In this document: one piece after another, positions 43,770-62,107 of the stretch | How positions within the stretch are numbered: position 1 is the first letter of the stretch | Layout of the letters: the number at the start of each line of letters is the position of its first letter | Origin: the human T2T-CHM13v2.0 reference genome, Homo sapiens | DNA length: 64,000 nt | Assembly (NCBI RefSeq): GCF_009914755.1 | Contig: NC_060933.1 | Reading direction: 5' to 3' (one strand) | Position numbers and translations under genes: made by a program | Notes under the pieces: generated by a model | What the model saw: the letters and a program-made list of their open reading frames with translations, nothing else | Told to the model about the DNA's origin: nothing | The model's database searches: none

Positions 43770-46700
43770 ACAGAGTAAGAGGGCAGAATAGAAGCCTACA
43801 TTCTCATCCACCACACGAAAACACCAAATTTTCACAACTAACTACATTCAAGAAGCACTGTCAAAGGGACCAAAAATTGGGTGAGCAATCACAGTACCTG
43901 GTATTAACTTCATATCACTGAAACAGACATTGGAGAAGACAAAAAAATAAAAGACGGTTTAGAAGCATGGATGCCACCTCTTTTTCAACCACCACTAGTG
44001 GCTACATCGTGCAGAGATAGTATGTTTGGGAGAGGGAGCGCATAGTTTGTGAGGCTTTGCAATAAACTCAGTACTACCCTGTCACAGTGAAAAGCAGAAC
44101 CAGACTGTACTCAGCTGACATCTGCCAATGGAAGGAGCATGTGTATTGGCCCTAGAAAGAGGAAAACCTCCCATCCTAGTGTTGGGAGCTTGAGTTTTTA
44201 CAAGTCTTGCCATCATGAGTTGACGTGCTATTGGACTCTAAGAGAACTTAAGGGGCAGTCTAGGCCACAAGGACTTCAATTATTAGGCAAGTCTTATTCC
44301 AAGCTGGGCTCAGAGCCAGTGGAATGTGGAGGGTGGGGAGTATGGGGTCTACCAAGACAGCAGCCAGAGCAACTAAGGGAGTGCTCACAACACCACTCCC
44401 CCACCCCCCACCTAGCAGCAGCCACACAACACACAGAAACCTGTGAATTTGGGAGAGGGAGAGCACAGTGACTGGAGGACTTTACATCAAACTCAGTGCT
44501 GCTATGTCAGTAAAGACCTGGCAGAATTCATCACCTGCTGACTAAAGAACCCCTGTACCCAGAATAAAAAACAGTGACAACCAGGTAATACACCATGGGC
44601 ATTGGGATCTGAGAAGTGCTAAGTTCAGGTGTGACCCAGTACATTTCTAGCTGTGGTAGCTATGGTGAAAGACTTCTGTTTGAGAAAGGCAGGGGGGAAA
44701 GTAAAGGGAACTCTACATTGCACCTGGTATACCAGCTCAACCACAGTGGGGTAGATCACCAAGCAGATTCTTAGAGTCCTTGAGTCCAGGCCTAGGGTCT
44801 TCTTGGTCAGCATTTCTGCACTTGCCCTGGGCCAAAGGTCGAGTCCCAGGCATTGCAGAATTTATCACAAGCTAACTAAAGAGTCCTTGGGCTTTAAGTG
44901 AGAAAGTGATGATGATTTGGTGGAAACCCCCCATGGGCCAGTAGTGTGGGCAGTCATAGAAGAAGCTCTTCTGCCTGCAGAGAGGGGAAAGAAGAGTAGA
45001 AAATACTTTGTCTTATTCCCTAAGTGCCAGGTTAGCTACAATAAAATAGAAGAGCAGCTAAATTTTGAAGATTCTATGCTTTAATCTCTGGCTCCCAGGT
45101 AGCATCTGTGGACCCACTCATGGCTAGGGGAACTTTCAACCCTATAGGCAGAGACACAAACCTGGCTGGCATTGCCAACTATTAATCACAGAGTCCTGGG
45201 GCTTTGAATAAACTTATATGGTAGCCAAGTAGTGGTTGCAGTGGGCCTTGGGTGAGACCAAGTTCTGTGCCTACTTCAGGTGTGAGCCAGCACAGTCTCA
45301 GTGGTGGCTGCCACAGGAGTTCTTCTGTTACCCCAACCCCAGCTCCACATGTCTCAGCACAGAAAGAGAGACTGCTGATTTGAGAGAAAGTAAGGGAAGA
45401 GAACAAGAGTCTCTACTTGATAAATCAAGAGAATTTTTCTTGATGTTAATCCAAGGCCACCAAGGCACTACCTCTACGTGTTTGCATAAACTACTGTGCT
45501 ATTGGGTTTGGGACCCAAGTTTCTTTGAATACCTGGAAAGTGTTCCCAAAGATAATGGGCACTAGCAAGCCCAGACTGTGAAGACTACAATAAAGATTGA
45601 ATTCTTCAATGCCCAGATACAGATGAATATCTACAAGTATCAAGGCCATCCAGGAAAACATGACCTCACCAAACAAGCTAAATAAAGTACCAGGGACAAA
45701 TCCTGGAAAAACAAAGATATGTGACCTTTCATACAGGAAATCCAAAATAACTGGTTGAGGTAATTCAAAGAAATGTACAATGTAACACAGAGAAGGAATT
45801 CAAAATTCTATCAGATAAATTTAACAATGAGATTGAAATAAAAAGAATAAAGTAGAAATTCTGAGGTTAAAATGCTATTGTCATACTGAAGAATGGATCA
45901 GAATTACTTAAAAGAATTGACCATGGAGAAGATAGATTTAGTGAACTTGAAGCCAGACTATTTAAAAATACAAAGTCAGAGGAGACAAAAAGGAATAAAA
46001 AATAAAGCATGCCTATAGAATTTTAAAAATAGCCTCAAAATAGCAAATCTAAGAGTTATTGGCCTTAAAGAGGAGGTAGAAAAAGAGATGAGTTGAATAT
46101 TTATTTAAATAAATAATATTAAATAATATTAAACAATTCCTCAACATTTGATATCAACATTCGGGTAACAGAAAGTTACAGAATATAAAGCAGATTTAAC
46201 CCAAAGAAGACCACCTCAAGGCACTAAACTGAACTCCCAAAGGTTAAGGATAAAGAAATGATTCTAAAAGCATCGAGAGAAGAGAAACAAATAACATTCA
46301 GCGGAACTCCAATACATCTGACAGCAGACTTTTCAGGGGAAAATTTACAGGCTGTGAGATTGGCATGACATATTAAAAAACTGAAGGAAAAAAAGACTTT
46401 TACTTTAGAATAATGTATCTGGCAAAAACGTCCTTTAAACTTGACGGAAAAATAAGAACTTTTTCCAACAAACAAAAACTGAGGGATTTCATTAACACCA
46501 GACCTGTCCTACAAGAAATGCTAAAGGGATATCTTAATCTAAAAGAAAACAAGTTAGTGAGCAATAAGAAATCATCTGAAGGTACACAACTCACTAGCAA
46601 TAGCACATGGAAAAACACTGAATATTATAATATGGTAATTATGGGGTGCAAAAATCTCAAATAGAAAGAGTAAACAATAAACCAATAAAAATAATAACTA

Positions 46701-46808
46701 CAATGTATTTATTTCCAATACATAGACTGTAAAATAGGGAATGAAGAGAAACAACAAAAAGTTGAAAAGAATGGCAGTATAGAGTTTTTATTAGTTGTTT
46801 TGCTTGTT
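43770..46808 (+). mobile_element. Old L1M 5'UTR plus ORF1
   Basis: ORF1-like YLAKTSFKLDGKIRTFSNKQKLRDFINTRPVLQEMLKG; L1M-type 5' end. Confidence 0.85.
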
Positions 46809-48839
<2,031 letters not shown>

Positions 48840-49784
48840 TCAAGAAATGCTAGAAAGTCTTTTGAGATTAAAAAATGAGAGTACCAAAAAAGCCATAGAA
48901 TACTATAAAGCTCTGTTGTAAAGCAAATATATAGAGAAATATAGCATCCTGTATTATTGTGATGTTGGTAAGTAATTTCAATCCCCTTATAGTATTTGAC
49001 ACCAATATACAAAAATATTTTATATGTATGTTAAAGAATACATCACGTAAAAAGGCCTAATTTGTGACATCAAGAACAACATGAGTGTTGGGAAAGACAG
49101 TCATGTAAAAGACTGGAGTTTTTATATGCTACTGAGATAACATCAGATTAAACTAGATTGTTATAACTTTGAGACGTTTCATGTCACCTGTATAGTAATC
49201 ACAAAGATAATACATGTAGAATGTATACAAAAGAAAAAGAAATAAAAACATATTAGTACAAAAATTAGACAAAAAGGAATACAGCAAGAAATAAAATAAA
49301 TAAACAAAAGAACTACAAAAGAAACACAATACTATTAACAAAATGGCAGTAGTAACTCCTTAACTGCAAATAATAACCTTATATGTAACAATGTTAAATT
49401 CTCCAATAACAGACAGAAGGTCACTGAAGAAATAAAAATATAAAATCGAATGAATTCTGTTTATAAATTGTTTATAAAAATAAAAATATAAAATCAAATA
49501 AATTATGTTTATTTAAGGATAAACATGGAATGAAAGTGCAGGGATGGAAAATTATATTCTATATGGTAACCAAATCATCCTAAATAGCAACCAAAATAGA
49601 ACAAAGTGGGTCACATTTACATTAGATGATTAGACTTTAAGCAAAAAACTGTCATAAAGACAAACAAGGACATTATATAATAAAAATAAATCTCCAAGAA
49701 GATACCATAATTAAAATATGCACATGAATCAGCAACTATTCCAAACACATAACACAAATAATGACAGAATTAAAAGGAGAAATA

Positions 49785-49936
49785 GGCTGAGTACAGTGGC
49801 TCACGCCTGCTTGTAATCCCTGCATCTTGGCGGGGGCAGAGGCAGGAGGATGGCTTGAGCCCAGGATTTGAGACTAACCTGGGCAAGATAGCAACACTTC
49901 GTCTGCGTAAGAAACAAAATTATAAATAAAAATAAA
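49785..49936 (+). mobile_element. Alu monomer (FLAM-like)
   Basis: ggctgagtacagtggctcacgcctg...gaggatggcttgagcccagga...A-rich tail. Confidence 0.8.
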
Positions 49937-51137
49937 GGGAGGAATAGAGACCACCACCAAAATGATAGGAGACTTTAATAATGGAGAGGACAACCTGGGA
50001 GACCAAATGAAGACAGAGGATTGAGCAAGGAGTGATTCCACCAAATCCAACAGACTTTTAGAAACGGTCTTCTCAACAACAGAATGCGCATGATTCTGGT
50101 GTGCACATGGAACATTCTTGAGACTATATCACAAATCGGACCACAAAGAAATCAATTCAAGAAAATTAAAATCATACGAAGTATCATTTACAACTAAAAT
50201 GGAATGGAACTAGAAGTGAATACCAGAAGAAAAATTTAAAAATTTGCAAATACATAAAAATCAAGTAACATGCTCCTAAACAACATTATGGGTTAAAGAA
50301 GAAATCACAGTGAAAATTTCAACATAACTGGAGACAAAGCATAACAAAATTATTGAATGCATCTAAAGCTTGTATTCAATTGTAGTAGTAAAAGTGTACA
50401 TTTAAAAAATCTATCTAAATCAACTAGTAAATGTAATCAAACATCAGTAAAGAATAAGAATTTCAGCAGTTATAAATAAATAACAATTAAAAGCCATAGA
50501 AAAATCAATTAAAGTTTGGTTTTATTGAAAAGATTAAGAAAACCGACAAACAGATTAAAAGAAAAAAGAAGATACCTCAAATAATTAAATTCATAAATAA
50601 AAGAGGAGCTATTACTACTGATGCCACAAAAGTAGGAAAAGAAGAGATTATAAAAGTTTAATTCCAAGTATATGCCAAAAAATATGATAAGCTAAGAGAA
50701 ATAGACAAATGTCTAGAAATACAGATTATACTAAAAATAAACCATAAAAAAATCTGAATAGGCATATAAGTAGTAACAACAACCTCCCCTCAAAAAGCCC
50801 AGGCCCGGATCACTTCATTAAATACATATTTTTTTCAAAATGTTAAAGCAGGGTTAACACCAACCCTTCTTAAACTACTTCAGAAAAATGAAAAAGATAA
50901 AACAATTTCCAACTTATTTTATGAGCCCAGCATTAACACAACACCAAACCCCACAAAGACACTAAGGAGAAAAAAAAATACAACTACAAATCAATTTTCC
51001 TGTTGACTATTGATGTAAAAATTCTCCTCGGAACATTAGAACACCAAATTCAATAACATATTGCAAGGATTATACACCATGACGAAGAAGGAGTTATCTC
51101 TCCAATGAAAGTATTGTTCAACACGTGTAAATCAATC

Positions 51138-54100
51138 TATTTGTTTTTTATTTTTTTATTATACTTTAAGTTCTAGGGTACATGTGGACAACATGCAGGT
51201 TTGTTACATAGGTTTACATGTGCCATGTTGTTTTGCTGCACCTATCAACTCATCATTTACATTAGATATTTCTCCTACTGCTATCTCTCCTCTAGCCCTC
51301 CAGCCCCTGACAGGCCCCATTGTGTGATGTTACCTGCCTTGTGTCCAAGTGTTCTCATTGGTAAATTCCCACCTATGAGTGAGAACATGTGGTGTTTGGT
51401 TATCTGTCCTTGTGATAGTTTGCTGAAAATGATGGTTTCTGGCTTCATCCAAGTCCCCGCAAAGGACAAAAACTCATCTGTTTTTATGGCTGTGTACTAT
51501 TCCATGGTGTATATGTGCTGCATTTTCTTAATCAGTTCTATCATTGATGGACATTTGGGTTGGTTCCAAGTCTTTGCTATTGTGAATAGTGCTGCAATAA
51601 ACATACATGTGCTTGTGTCTTTATAGTGGCATGATTTATAATCCTTTGGGTATATGCCCAGTAATGGGATTGCTGGGTCAGATGGTATTTCTAGTTCTAG
51701 ATCCTGGAGGAATGGCCACACTGTCTTCCACAGTGGTGGAACTAATTTGCAATCCCTCCAACAGTGTAAAAGCCTTCCTATTTTTCCACATGCTTTCCAG
51801 CATCTGTTGTTTCCTGACTTTCAAATAATCACCATTCTAACTGGCGTGAGATTGTATCTCACTGTGGTTTTGATTTGCATTTCTCTGATGACCATTGATG
51901 ATGAGCATTTTCTCATGTGTCTGTTGGCTGCATAGATGTCTTCTTTTGAGAAGTGTCTGTCCATATCCTTTGCCCAATTTTTGATGGTGTTTTTTTCTTG
52001 TAAATTTGTTTAAGTTTTTTGTAGATTCTGGATACTAGCCCTTTGTCAGATGGATAGATTGCCAACAATTTTCTCCCATTCTGTAGGTTGTCTGTTCATG
52101 CTGTTGGTAGTTTCTCTTACTGTGCAGAAGCGCTTTAGTTTAATTAGATCTGATTTGTCTATTCTGGCTTTTGTTGCCATTGTTTTTGGTATTTTAGTCA
52201 TGAAATCTTTGCCCATGCCTATGACCTGAATGATGTAGCCTAGGATTTCTTCTAGGGTTTTTATGGTTTTAGGCCTAACATTTAAGCCTTTAATCCCTGT
52301 TGAATTAATTTGTGTATAAGGTGTAAGGAAGGGATCCAGTTTCAGCTTTCTACCTATGACTAGCTAGTTTTCCCAGCACCATTTATTAAATAGGGAATCC
52401 TTTCTCCATTGCTTGTTTTTGTCAGGTTTTTCAAAGATCAGATGGTTGTAGATGTGTGGTGTTATTTCTGAGGCCTCTGTTCTGTTCCATTGGTCTATAG
52501 ATCTGTTTTGATATCGGTACCATGCTGTTTGGTTACTGTAGCCTTGTAGTATAGATTGAAGTCAAATAGTGTGATGCCTCCAGCTTTGTTCTTTTTGCTT
52601 AGATTGTCTTGGCGATATGGGCTCTTTTTTGGTTCCATATGAACTTTAAAGTAGTATTTTCTAATTCTGTGAAGAAAGTCATTCGTAGCTTGATGGGGAT
52701 GGCATTGTATCTGTAAATTACCTAGGGCAGTATGACCATTTTCACAATATTGGTTATTCCTATCCATGAGCATGGAATGTTCTTCCATTTGTTTGTGTCC
52801 TCTTTTATTTTGTTGAGCAGTGATTTGTAGTTTTCCTTGAAGAGGTCGTTCACATCCCTTGTAAGATGTATTCCAAGGTATTTTATTCTCTTTGTAGCAA
52901 TTGTCAATGGGAGCTCACTCATGATTTGGCTCTCTGTTTGTCTGTTATTGGTGTATAGAAATTCTTGTGATTTTTGCATATTGATTTCTTATCCTGAGAC
53001 TTTGCTAAAGTTCTTATCAGCTTAAGGAGATTTTGGGCTGAGACGATGGGGTTTTCTAAATATACAATCATGTCATCTGCAAACAGAGATAATTTGACTT
53101 CCTAATTGAATACCTTTGTTTCTTTCTCTTGCCTGATTGCCCTGGCTGTGGGTTTGTCATAAATAGCTGTTATTATTTTGAGATACATTTCATCAATATG
53201 TAGTTTATTGAGAGTTTTTAGCAGGAAAGACTGTTGAATTTTGTCAAAGGCCTTTTCTATATCTATGGAGACAGTCATGTGGTTTTTGTCATTGATTCTG
53301 TTTATATGATGGATTACATTTATTAATTTGTGTATGTTGTACCAGCCTTGCATTCCAGAGATGAAGACTACTTGATCGTGGTGGATAAGCTTTTTGATAT
53401 GCTGCTGGATTCCATTTGCCAGTATTTTATTGAGGATTTTCACATCGATGTTCATCAAGGATATTGGTCTAAAATTCTCTTTTTTTTGTTTTGTCTCTGC
53501 CAGGGTTTGGTATCAGGATGATACTGGTCCCATAAAATGAATTAGGGAGGATTTCCTCTTTTTCTATTGATTGGAATAGTTTCAGAAGGAATGGTACCAG
53601 CTCCTTTTTGTACCTCTGGTAGGATTCAGCTGTGAATCCATCTGGTCCTGGATATTTTTTTGTTGGTATGCTATTAATTATTGCCTCAATTTTCAGATCC
53701 TGTTATTGGTCTATTCAGAGATTCAACTTCTTCCTGGTTTAATCTTGGGAGGGTGTATGTGTCCAGGAATTTATCCATTTCTTCTAGATTTTCTAGTTTA
53801 TTTGTGTAGAGGAGTTTATAGTATTCTCTGATGGTAGTTTGTATTTCTGTGGGATCAGTGATGATATACCATTTATCTTTTTTTATTGTGTCTATTTGAT
53901 TCTTGTCTTTTTTCTTCTTTATTAGTCTTGCTAGTGGTCTATCAATTTTGTTGATCTTTCAAAAAATCAGCTCCTAAATTCATTGATTTTTTAAGGGTTT
54001 GTTGTGTCTCTATCTCCTTTAGTTCTGCTCTGATCTTTCTTGCCTTTTGCTTGTTTTTGAATTTGTTTGCTCCTGTTTCTCTAGTTCTTTTAATTGTGAT

Positions 54101-57100
54101 GTGGGGCTGTCAATTTTAGATCTTTCCTGCTTTCTCTTGTGGGCATTTAGTGCTATAAATTTCCCTCTGCACACTGCTTTAGATGTGTCCCAGAGATTCT
54201 GGTGTTTTTTGTCTTTGTTCTCACTGGTTTCAAAGAACATCTTTATTTTTGCCTTCATTTCGTTATTTGCCCAGTAGCCATTCAGAAGCAGGTTGTTCTG
54301 TTTCCATGTGTTTGGGCCATTTTGAGTGAGTTTCTTAATTCTAAGTTCTAATTTGATTGCACTGTGATCTGAGAGACAGTTTGTTGTGATGTCTGTTCTT
54401 TTACATTTGATGAGGAGTGCTTACTTCCAATTATGTGATCAATTTTAGAATAACTGCGATGTGGTGCTGAGAAGAATGTTTATTCTGGTGATACGGGGTG
54501 GAGAATTCTGTAAATTTCTATTAGGTCCACTTGGTGCAGAGCTGAGTTCAAGTTCTGGATATCCTTGTTAATCTTCTGTCTTGTTGATCTGTCTAATATT
54601 GACAGTGGAGTGTTAAAGTCTCCCATTATTATTGTGTGGGAGTCTAAGTCTGTTTGTAGGTATCTAAGGACTTACTTTACGAATCTGGGTGCTCCTGTAT
54701 TGAGTGCATATATACTTAGGGTAGTTAGCGCTTCTTGCTGAATTGATCCTTTTACCACTATGTAATGGCCTTCTTTGTGTCTTTTGATCTTTGTTGGTTT
54801 AAATTCTGTTTTATCAGAGACTAGGATTGCAACCCCTGCTTTTTTTTAATTTTTAATTTTTTTGCTTTCCATTTTCTTGGTAGATCTTCCTCCATCCCTT
54901 TATTTTGAGCCTATGTGTGTCTCTGCATGTGAGATGGGTCTCCTGAATACAGCACACTGATGGGTCTTGACTCTTTATCCAATTTGACAGTCTATGTCTT
55001 TTTATTGAGTCATTTAGCCCATTTACATTTAAGGTCAATACTGTTATGTGTGAATTTGATCCTGTCATTGTTATGTTAGCTCACTGTTTTTCCTGTTAAT
55101 TGATGCAGCTTCTTCATAGTATCGATGGTCTTTACAATTTGGCATATTTTTTGCAGTGGCTGGTACTGGTAGTTCCTTTCCACGCTTAGTGCTTCCTTCA
55201 GGAGCTCTTTTAAGGCAGGCCAGGAGGTCTCAAAATCTCTCAGCATTTGCTTGTCTGTAAAGGATTTTACTTCTCCCTCACTTATGAAGCTTAGTTTAGC
55301 TGGATATGAAATTCTGGGCTGAAAATTCTTATCTTTAAGAATGTTGAGTATTGACCCCCACTCTCTTCTGGCTTCTAGGGTTTCTGCTGAGAGATCTGCT
55401 ATTAGTCTGATGGGTTTCCCCTTGTGGGTAACCCGACCTTTCTCTCTGGCTGCCCTTAACATTTTTTCCTTCATTTCAACCCTGGTGAATCTGACAATTA
55501 GTATCTTGGGGTTGCTCTTATCCAGAAGTAACTTTGTGGTGTTGTCTGTATTTCCTGAATTTGAATGCTGGCCTGCCTTGCTACATTGGGAAAATTCTCC
55601 TGAATAACATCCTAAGGAGTGTTTTCCAACTTGGTTCCATTCTCTCTGTCACATTTAGGTACACCAAGCAAACATAGATTTGGTCTTTTCACATAGTCCC
55701 ATTTTTCCTGGAGGCTTTGTTCATTTCTTTTCACTCTTTTTACTCTAAACTTGTCTTCTCACTTTATTTTATTAATTTGATCTTCGATCACTGATATCCT
55801 TTCTTCCACTGGATTGAATCAGCTATTGAAGCTTGTGCATGTGTCACAGAGTTCTTGTGCCATGGTTATCAGCTCCATAAGGTCATTTAAGGTATTCTCT
55901 ACACTGTTTATTCTAGTTAGCCATTGTCTGACCTTTTTTCAAGGTTTTTAGCTTCCTTGCGATGTGTTCAAACATGCTCTTTTAGCTTGGAGAAGTTTGT
56001 TATTACCAGCCTTCTGAAGCCTCCTTCTGTCAACTCATCAAAGTCACTCTCCCTCCAGCTTTGTTCCATTGCTGGTGAGGAGCTGCAATCCTTTGGAAGA
56101 AAAGAGATGCTCTGGTTTGTAGGATTTTCAGCTTTTCTGTTCTGGTTTCTTCCCATCTTTGTGGTTTTATCTATCTTTGGTATTTGATGTTGGTAACCTA
56201 CAGATGGGGTTTTGGTGTGGATGTCCTTTTTGTTTATGTTGATGCTATTCCTTTCTGTTTGTTAGTTTTCCTTCTAACAGTCAGGTCCCTCAGCTGCAGG
56301 TCTGTTGGAGTTTGCTGGAGGTCCACTCCAGACCCTGTTTGCCTGGGTATCAACAGAGAAGGCTGCAGAACAGCAAATATTGCTGCTTGATCCTTCCCTG
56401 GAAGCTTCGTTGAAGAGGGTCTCCTACCTGTATGAGGTGTCTGTTGGCCCGTACTATGAGATGTCTCCCAGTTAGGCTACACGGGGTTCAGGGACCCATT
56501 TGAGGAGGCAGTATGTCCATTCTCAGAGCACAAACACCATGCCAGGAGAACCACTGCTCTCTTCAGAGCTGTCAGATGGGAGGTTTAAGTCTGCAGAAGT
56601 TTCTGCTGCCTTTTATTCAGCTGTGCCCTGCCCGCAGAGGTGGAGTTTATAAAGGCAGTAGGCCTTGCTGAGCTGTGAGTGGCTCTACCCTGTTCAAGCT
56701 TCCTGGCCACTTTGTTTACCTACTGAAACCTCAAAAATTGTGGATTCACCTCCACCTGCTCAGCTGCAGCATGAAGGTTAATCTCAGACTGCTGCACTGG
56801 CAGTAAGCAAGGCCCTATGGGTGTGGGACCCAATGAATCAGGCACAGGAGAGAATCTCCTGGTCTGCCAGTTGCTAAGACTGTGCAAAAAGTGCAGTATT
56901 TGGGCAAGAGTGTCCTGTTTTTCCAGGTACAGTCTGTCATGCCTTCCCTTGGCTAGGAAAGGAAAATCCCCAAACCCCTTGCACTTCCTGGGTGAGTTGA
57001 TGCCCTGCCCTGCTTCAGCTCACCCTCCATGGGATGAACTCACTGTCCAATCAGTCCCAATGAGATGAATCAGGTAGCTCAGTTGGAAACGCAGAAATCA

Positions 57101-57173
57101 CCCATCTTGCATTGATCACACTGGGAGCTGCAGACCAGAGCTCTTCCTATTTGGCTATATTGGAATGAGAGTT
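51138..57173 (-). mobile_element. Near full-length L1PA (approx. PA7-8 type), inactive
   Basis: 5'UTR end ttcctatttggctatattgg; ORF1 MGRNQNRKAEN and KEKMLRAAREKGRVTHKGKPIRL; ORF2 start MTGSNSHIT; 3' tail; TSD TAAATCAATC at 51128 and 57174; many stop codons. Confidence 0.93.
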
Positions 57174-57322
57174 TAAATCAATCAGTTTAATATATCACAT
57201 TAACAGAGAAAAAGATGTAAACCACACAATCATCTCAAATAATGCAGAAAAGTCAACTGACAGTATTAATCATCTTTTCAAGATAAAAAAACACTCAATA
57301 AAGTAGAAATAAAAGGAAACTA

Positions 57323-57679
<357 letters not shown>

Positions 57680-58417
57680 TCATCACTAATATTACACTGA
57701 ATTCTGAAGTGTGGAAAGTTTATCCTCTAAGGTTAAGAATAAGGCAAGATATTCACTGTTGTCACATCTATTCAAAAATATCAGTGAAAGTCCTGGCAAA
57801 ACAACTAGGCAATGAAAAAAAGAAAAGATCCACATTCTAAAGGAAGAAGTAAAATTACCTGTTACTTATGATATGATGTTATATACAAAAAATCCTATAT
57901 GCTGAAAACAATACCTGTTAGAACTAATAGTTGCATTTAGCAAAATTGCAGAATACAAAATTAAGTGTATTTCTCTTCATTACATGGTACAATCCAAGTT
58001 TTTAAAATTCCATTGAAAATAGCATTAAGAAGAATATACTTTGGAATAAACAAGCAAAGAGATGTAAGACTAGTATACTAGAAGTTACAAGATGTTGCTG
58101 AAGAAAAGTCACAAACAATGGGGAAGATATTCTATATTTGTAGATTAGACAATTGAAAAGATATCCCATATTCATAAATTAGAAAACAATATTCTTAAGT
58201 CTATACTAATGAAATCAACAACAGATTAAATGCAATAGCTATATAAATCATAACAATATTTACTTGCAGAAATATAAAATTCTAAAACATATGAAATCTC
58301 AAGATTGAAAATAGCCAATTAAACTTGTAAAATAATGTCAATTGTGGAACCCTCACAATTTTTAAATCAAAAACTAATTGCAGTGCTGTTGAACTCTTTT
58401 CAAATGTGGTATTTTGA

Positions 58418-58714
58418 GGCCAGGTTCTATGGCTTACACGTGTAACCTCAGCACTTTGTGAGGCTGAGGTAGGAGGATTGCTTGAACCCAGGAGTTCAAA
58501 CCACACTGGACATCCTAGTGAGAACACCCATCGCTAAAAAAACAATTAAAATTAAAATTAACCTGGCAATGTGACATGAACCTGTAGTCTCAGCTATTCC
58601 AGAGGCTGAAGTGAGAGGATTTTTTAAGCCTGGGAGAGCAAGTCTGCAGTGAGCCATGGTCGCACCAGTGCACCCCAGCCTGGATGACAGAGAACCTGTC
58701 TCAAAAAGTAAAAA
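58418..58714 (+). mobile_element. AluJ-like
   Basis: ggccaggttctatggcttacacgtgtaacctcagcactttg... Confidence 0.88.
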
Positions 58715-59539
58715 GGAGAAAATCTAAAAAGAAATGTATTAAATCAAGACGTGTAGACATAGAAAATAATAGAGACCCCTCTCTCCACAAAACCTTGTAT
58801 ATATGGTCAAAATGATCTTCAACAAGGGTGCAAAGGCCAAACTATGGAGAGGGAATAATAGCCCCCTTTAACACAAAAACGGTATGAAGATTTGTTATCA
58901 ACATGTAAAATATAGAAGTCAGAATTGTAGTTTATACTATATTTTTTTAAAAACTCAAAATGTGTAAGTCTGAAAGTCTTACACAAAAATATAAGGGAAA
59001 AATATCCAAAATTATGCCATGGAATTTGGCAATGGGTTCTTGACTGCCAGCAGCCCCACATCCCTGGAGCATCCATCCGCTCACCGCTGCCTGGTGCTGG
59101 GTCCTTCCACACCTGTCACACTGCTTTGTGCGGGGCTCTGAGGGGCACGAGCCAGGACACCAGGCCGAGCACAGGGCACAGGCCGGGCGTTCTCCGGCTA
59201 TTCGATGGCAGGCTGTCCCCATGACAGCCTCAGGCGCAGGAGGGAGGACGGCCTGATTCGAGTCTGCGGAAGGAGGAAGAAGCTCATTTCCTGAGCCAGC
59301 AGGGACACAGAGGTGGATGCGGGACACAGGGACACAGGGGTGGATGCCATAAAAATATATGGCATATATTTTGAAACATGGCCGCAATTTGAATAATTAG
59401 AGTGTTATGCTGAAACTGCACCAAAATTTATCATTCCAGTGACTACATGGAATTTTTAATAGTTGTTATTTTTATAATAAAATTAAACTTTAATGAAATA
59501 ACTGACTTTCAAACTTCAGCAAGAGGACAAATATTCAGC

Positions 59540-59945
59540 CAGAGTTATCAGTTCCCGGTTTCTGCTTCGGGTCCTCTCTGGTCTCCCACAGCCCCTCCTG
59601 CATCACCCAGGTCTAAGGGGCCACCTGGCCTGGCCTGTGTTCCCTCGTCCCTCCCCTTCCCCACCCAGATCCTGCAGCGCCTTCCTGGGGCAGGGGCGGC
59701 GAACCGTCCAGAGCGGGAGGCTCCATCGCCCAGGGCAGCACCGCTCCGCCCCTCTCCACACCTGCCCAGCCCCTGGCAAGGGAGTCGCCTGGGCCTGGCC
59801 CGCTGCCCGCCCCCCAATGCCTGCCCTGTGCCTGCAACGGCGACGCTGCCAACAAGAGGTGCCAGAGACCGCGGCGCAACCCGCCCAGACAGCAGGGTCC
59901 CACTCACCTGGGAGCGGGGGCACGTCCCTTCCGGTAGGCGATGAG
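59540..59945 (-). promoter_or_regulatory. Orphan CpG/GC-rich island with a consensus splice donor (possible first exon/intron relic)
   Basis: CAG|GTGAGT on the minus strand (59910-59902); ETS-like CCGGAAG (59934-59928); GC boxes. Confidence 0.45.
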
Positions 59946-60221
59946 TTAAGATTGTTTCCTTATTTATTTTACTTAAAACTGGTAGAATGTCACTATTATA
60001 TGAAGTACCCATGACTCTCTCAGTAAATTTGAGCAAACGTTTATTAGTTTTTGTCAGTTTAACTAGTTCTTTTGTGTCTATTATTAAGGTGAAATTTAAC
60101 TTCTATCTGAAATCAGTAAGATACAGAGAGATTTTAATGACAAGTGAATATTTTTTCCTCAGGGGGAACTGAATTATGAATTGAATGAATGAATTATGAA
60201 TTAAATGAATGAATTCATTAG

Positions 60222-62107
<1,886 letters not shown>

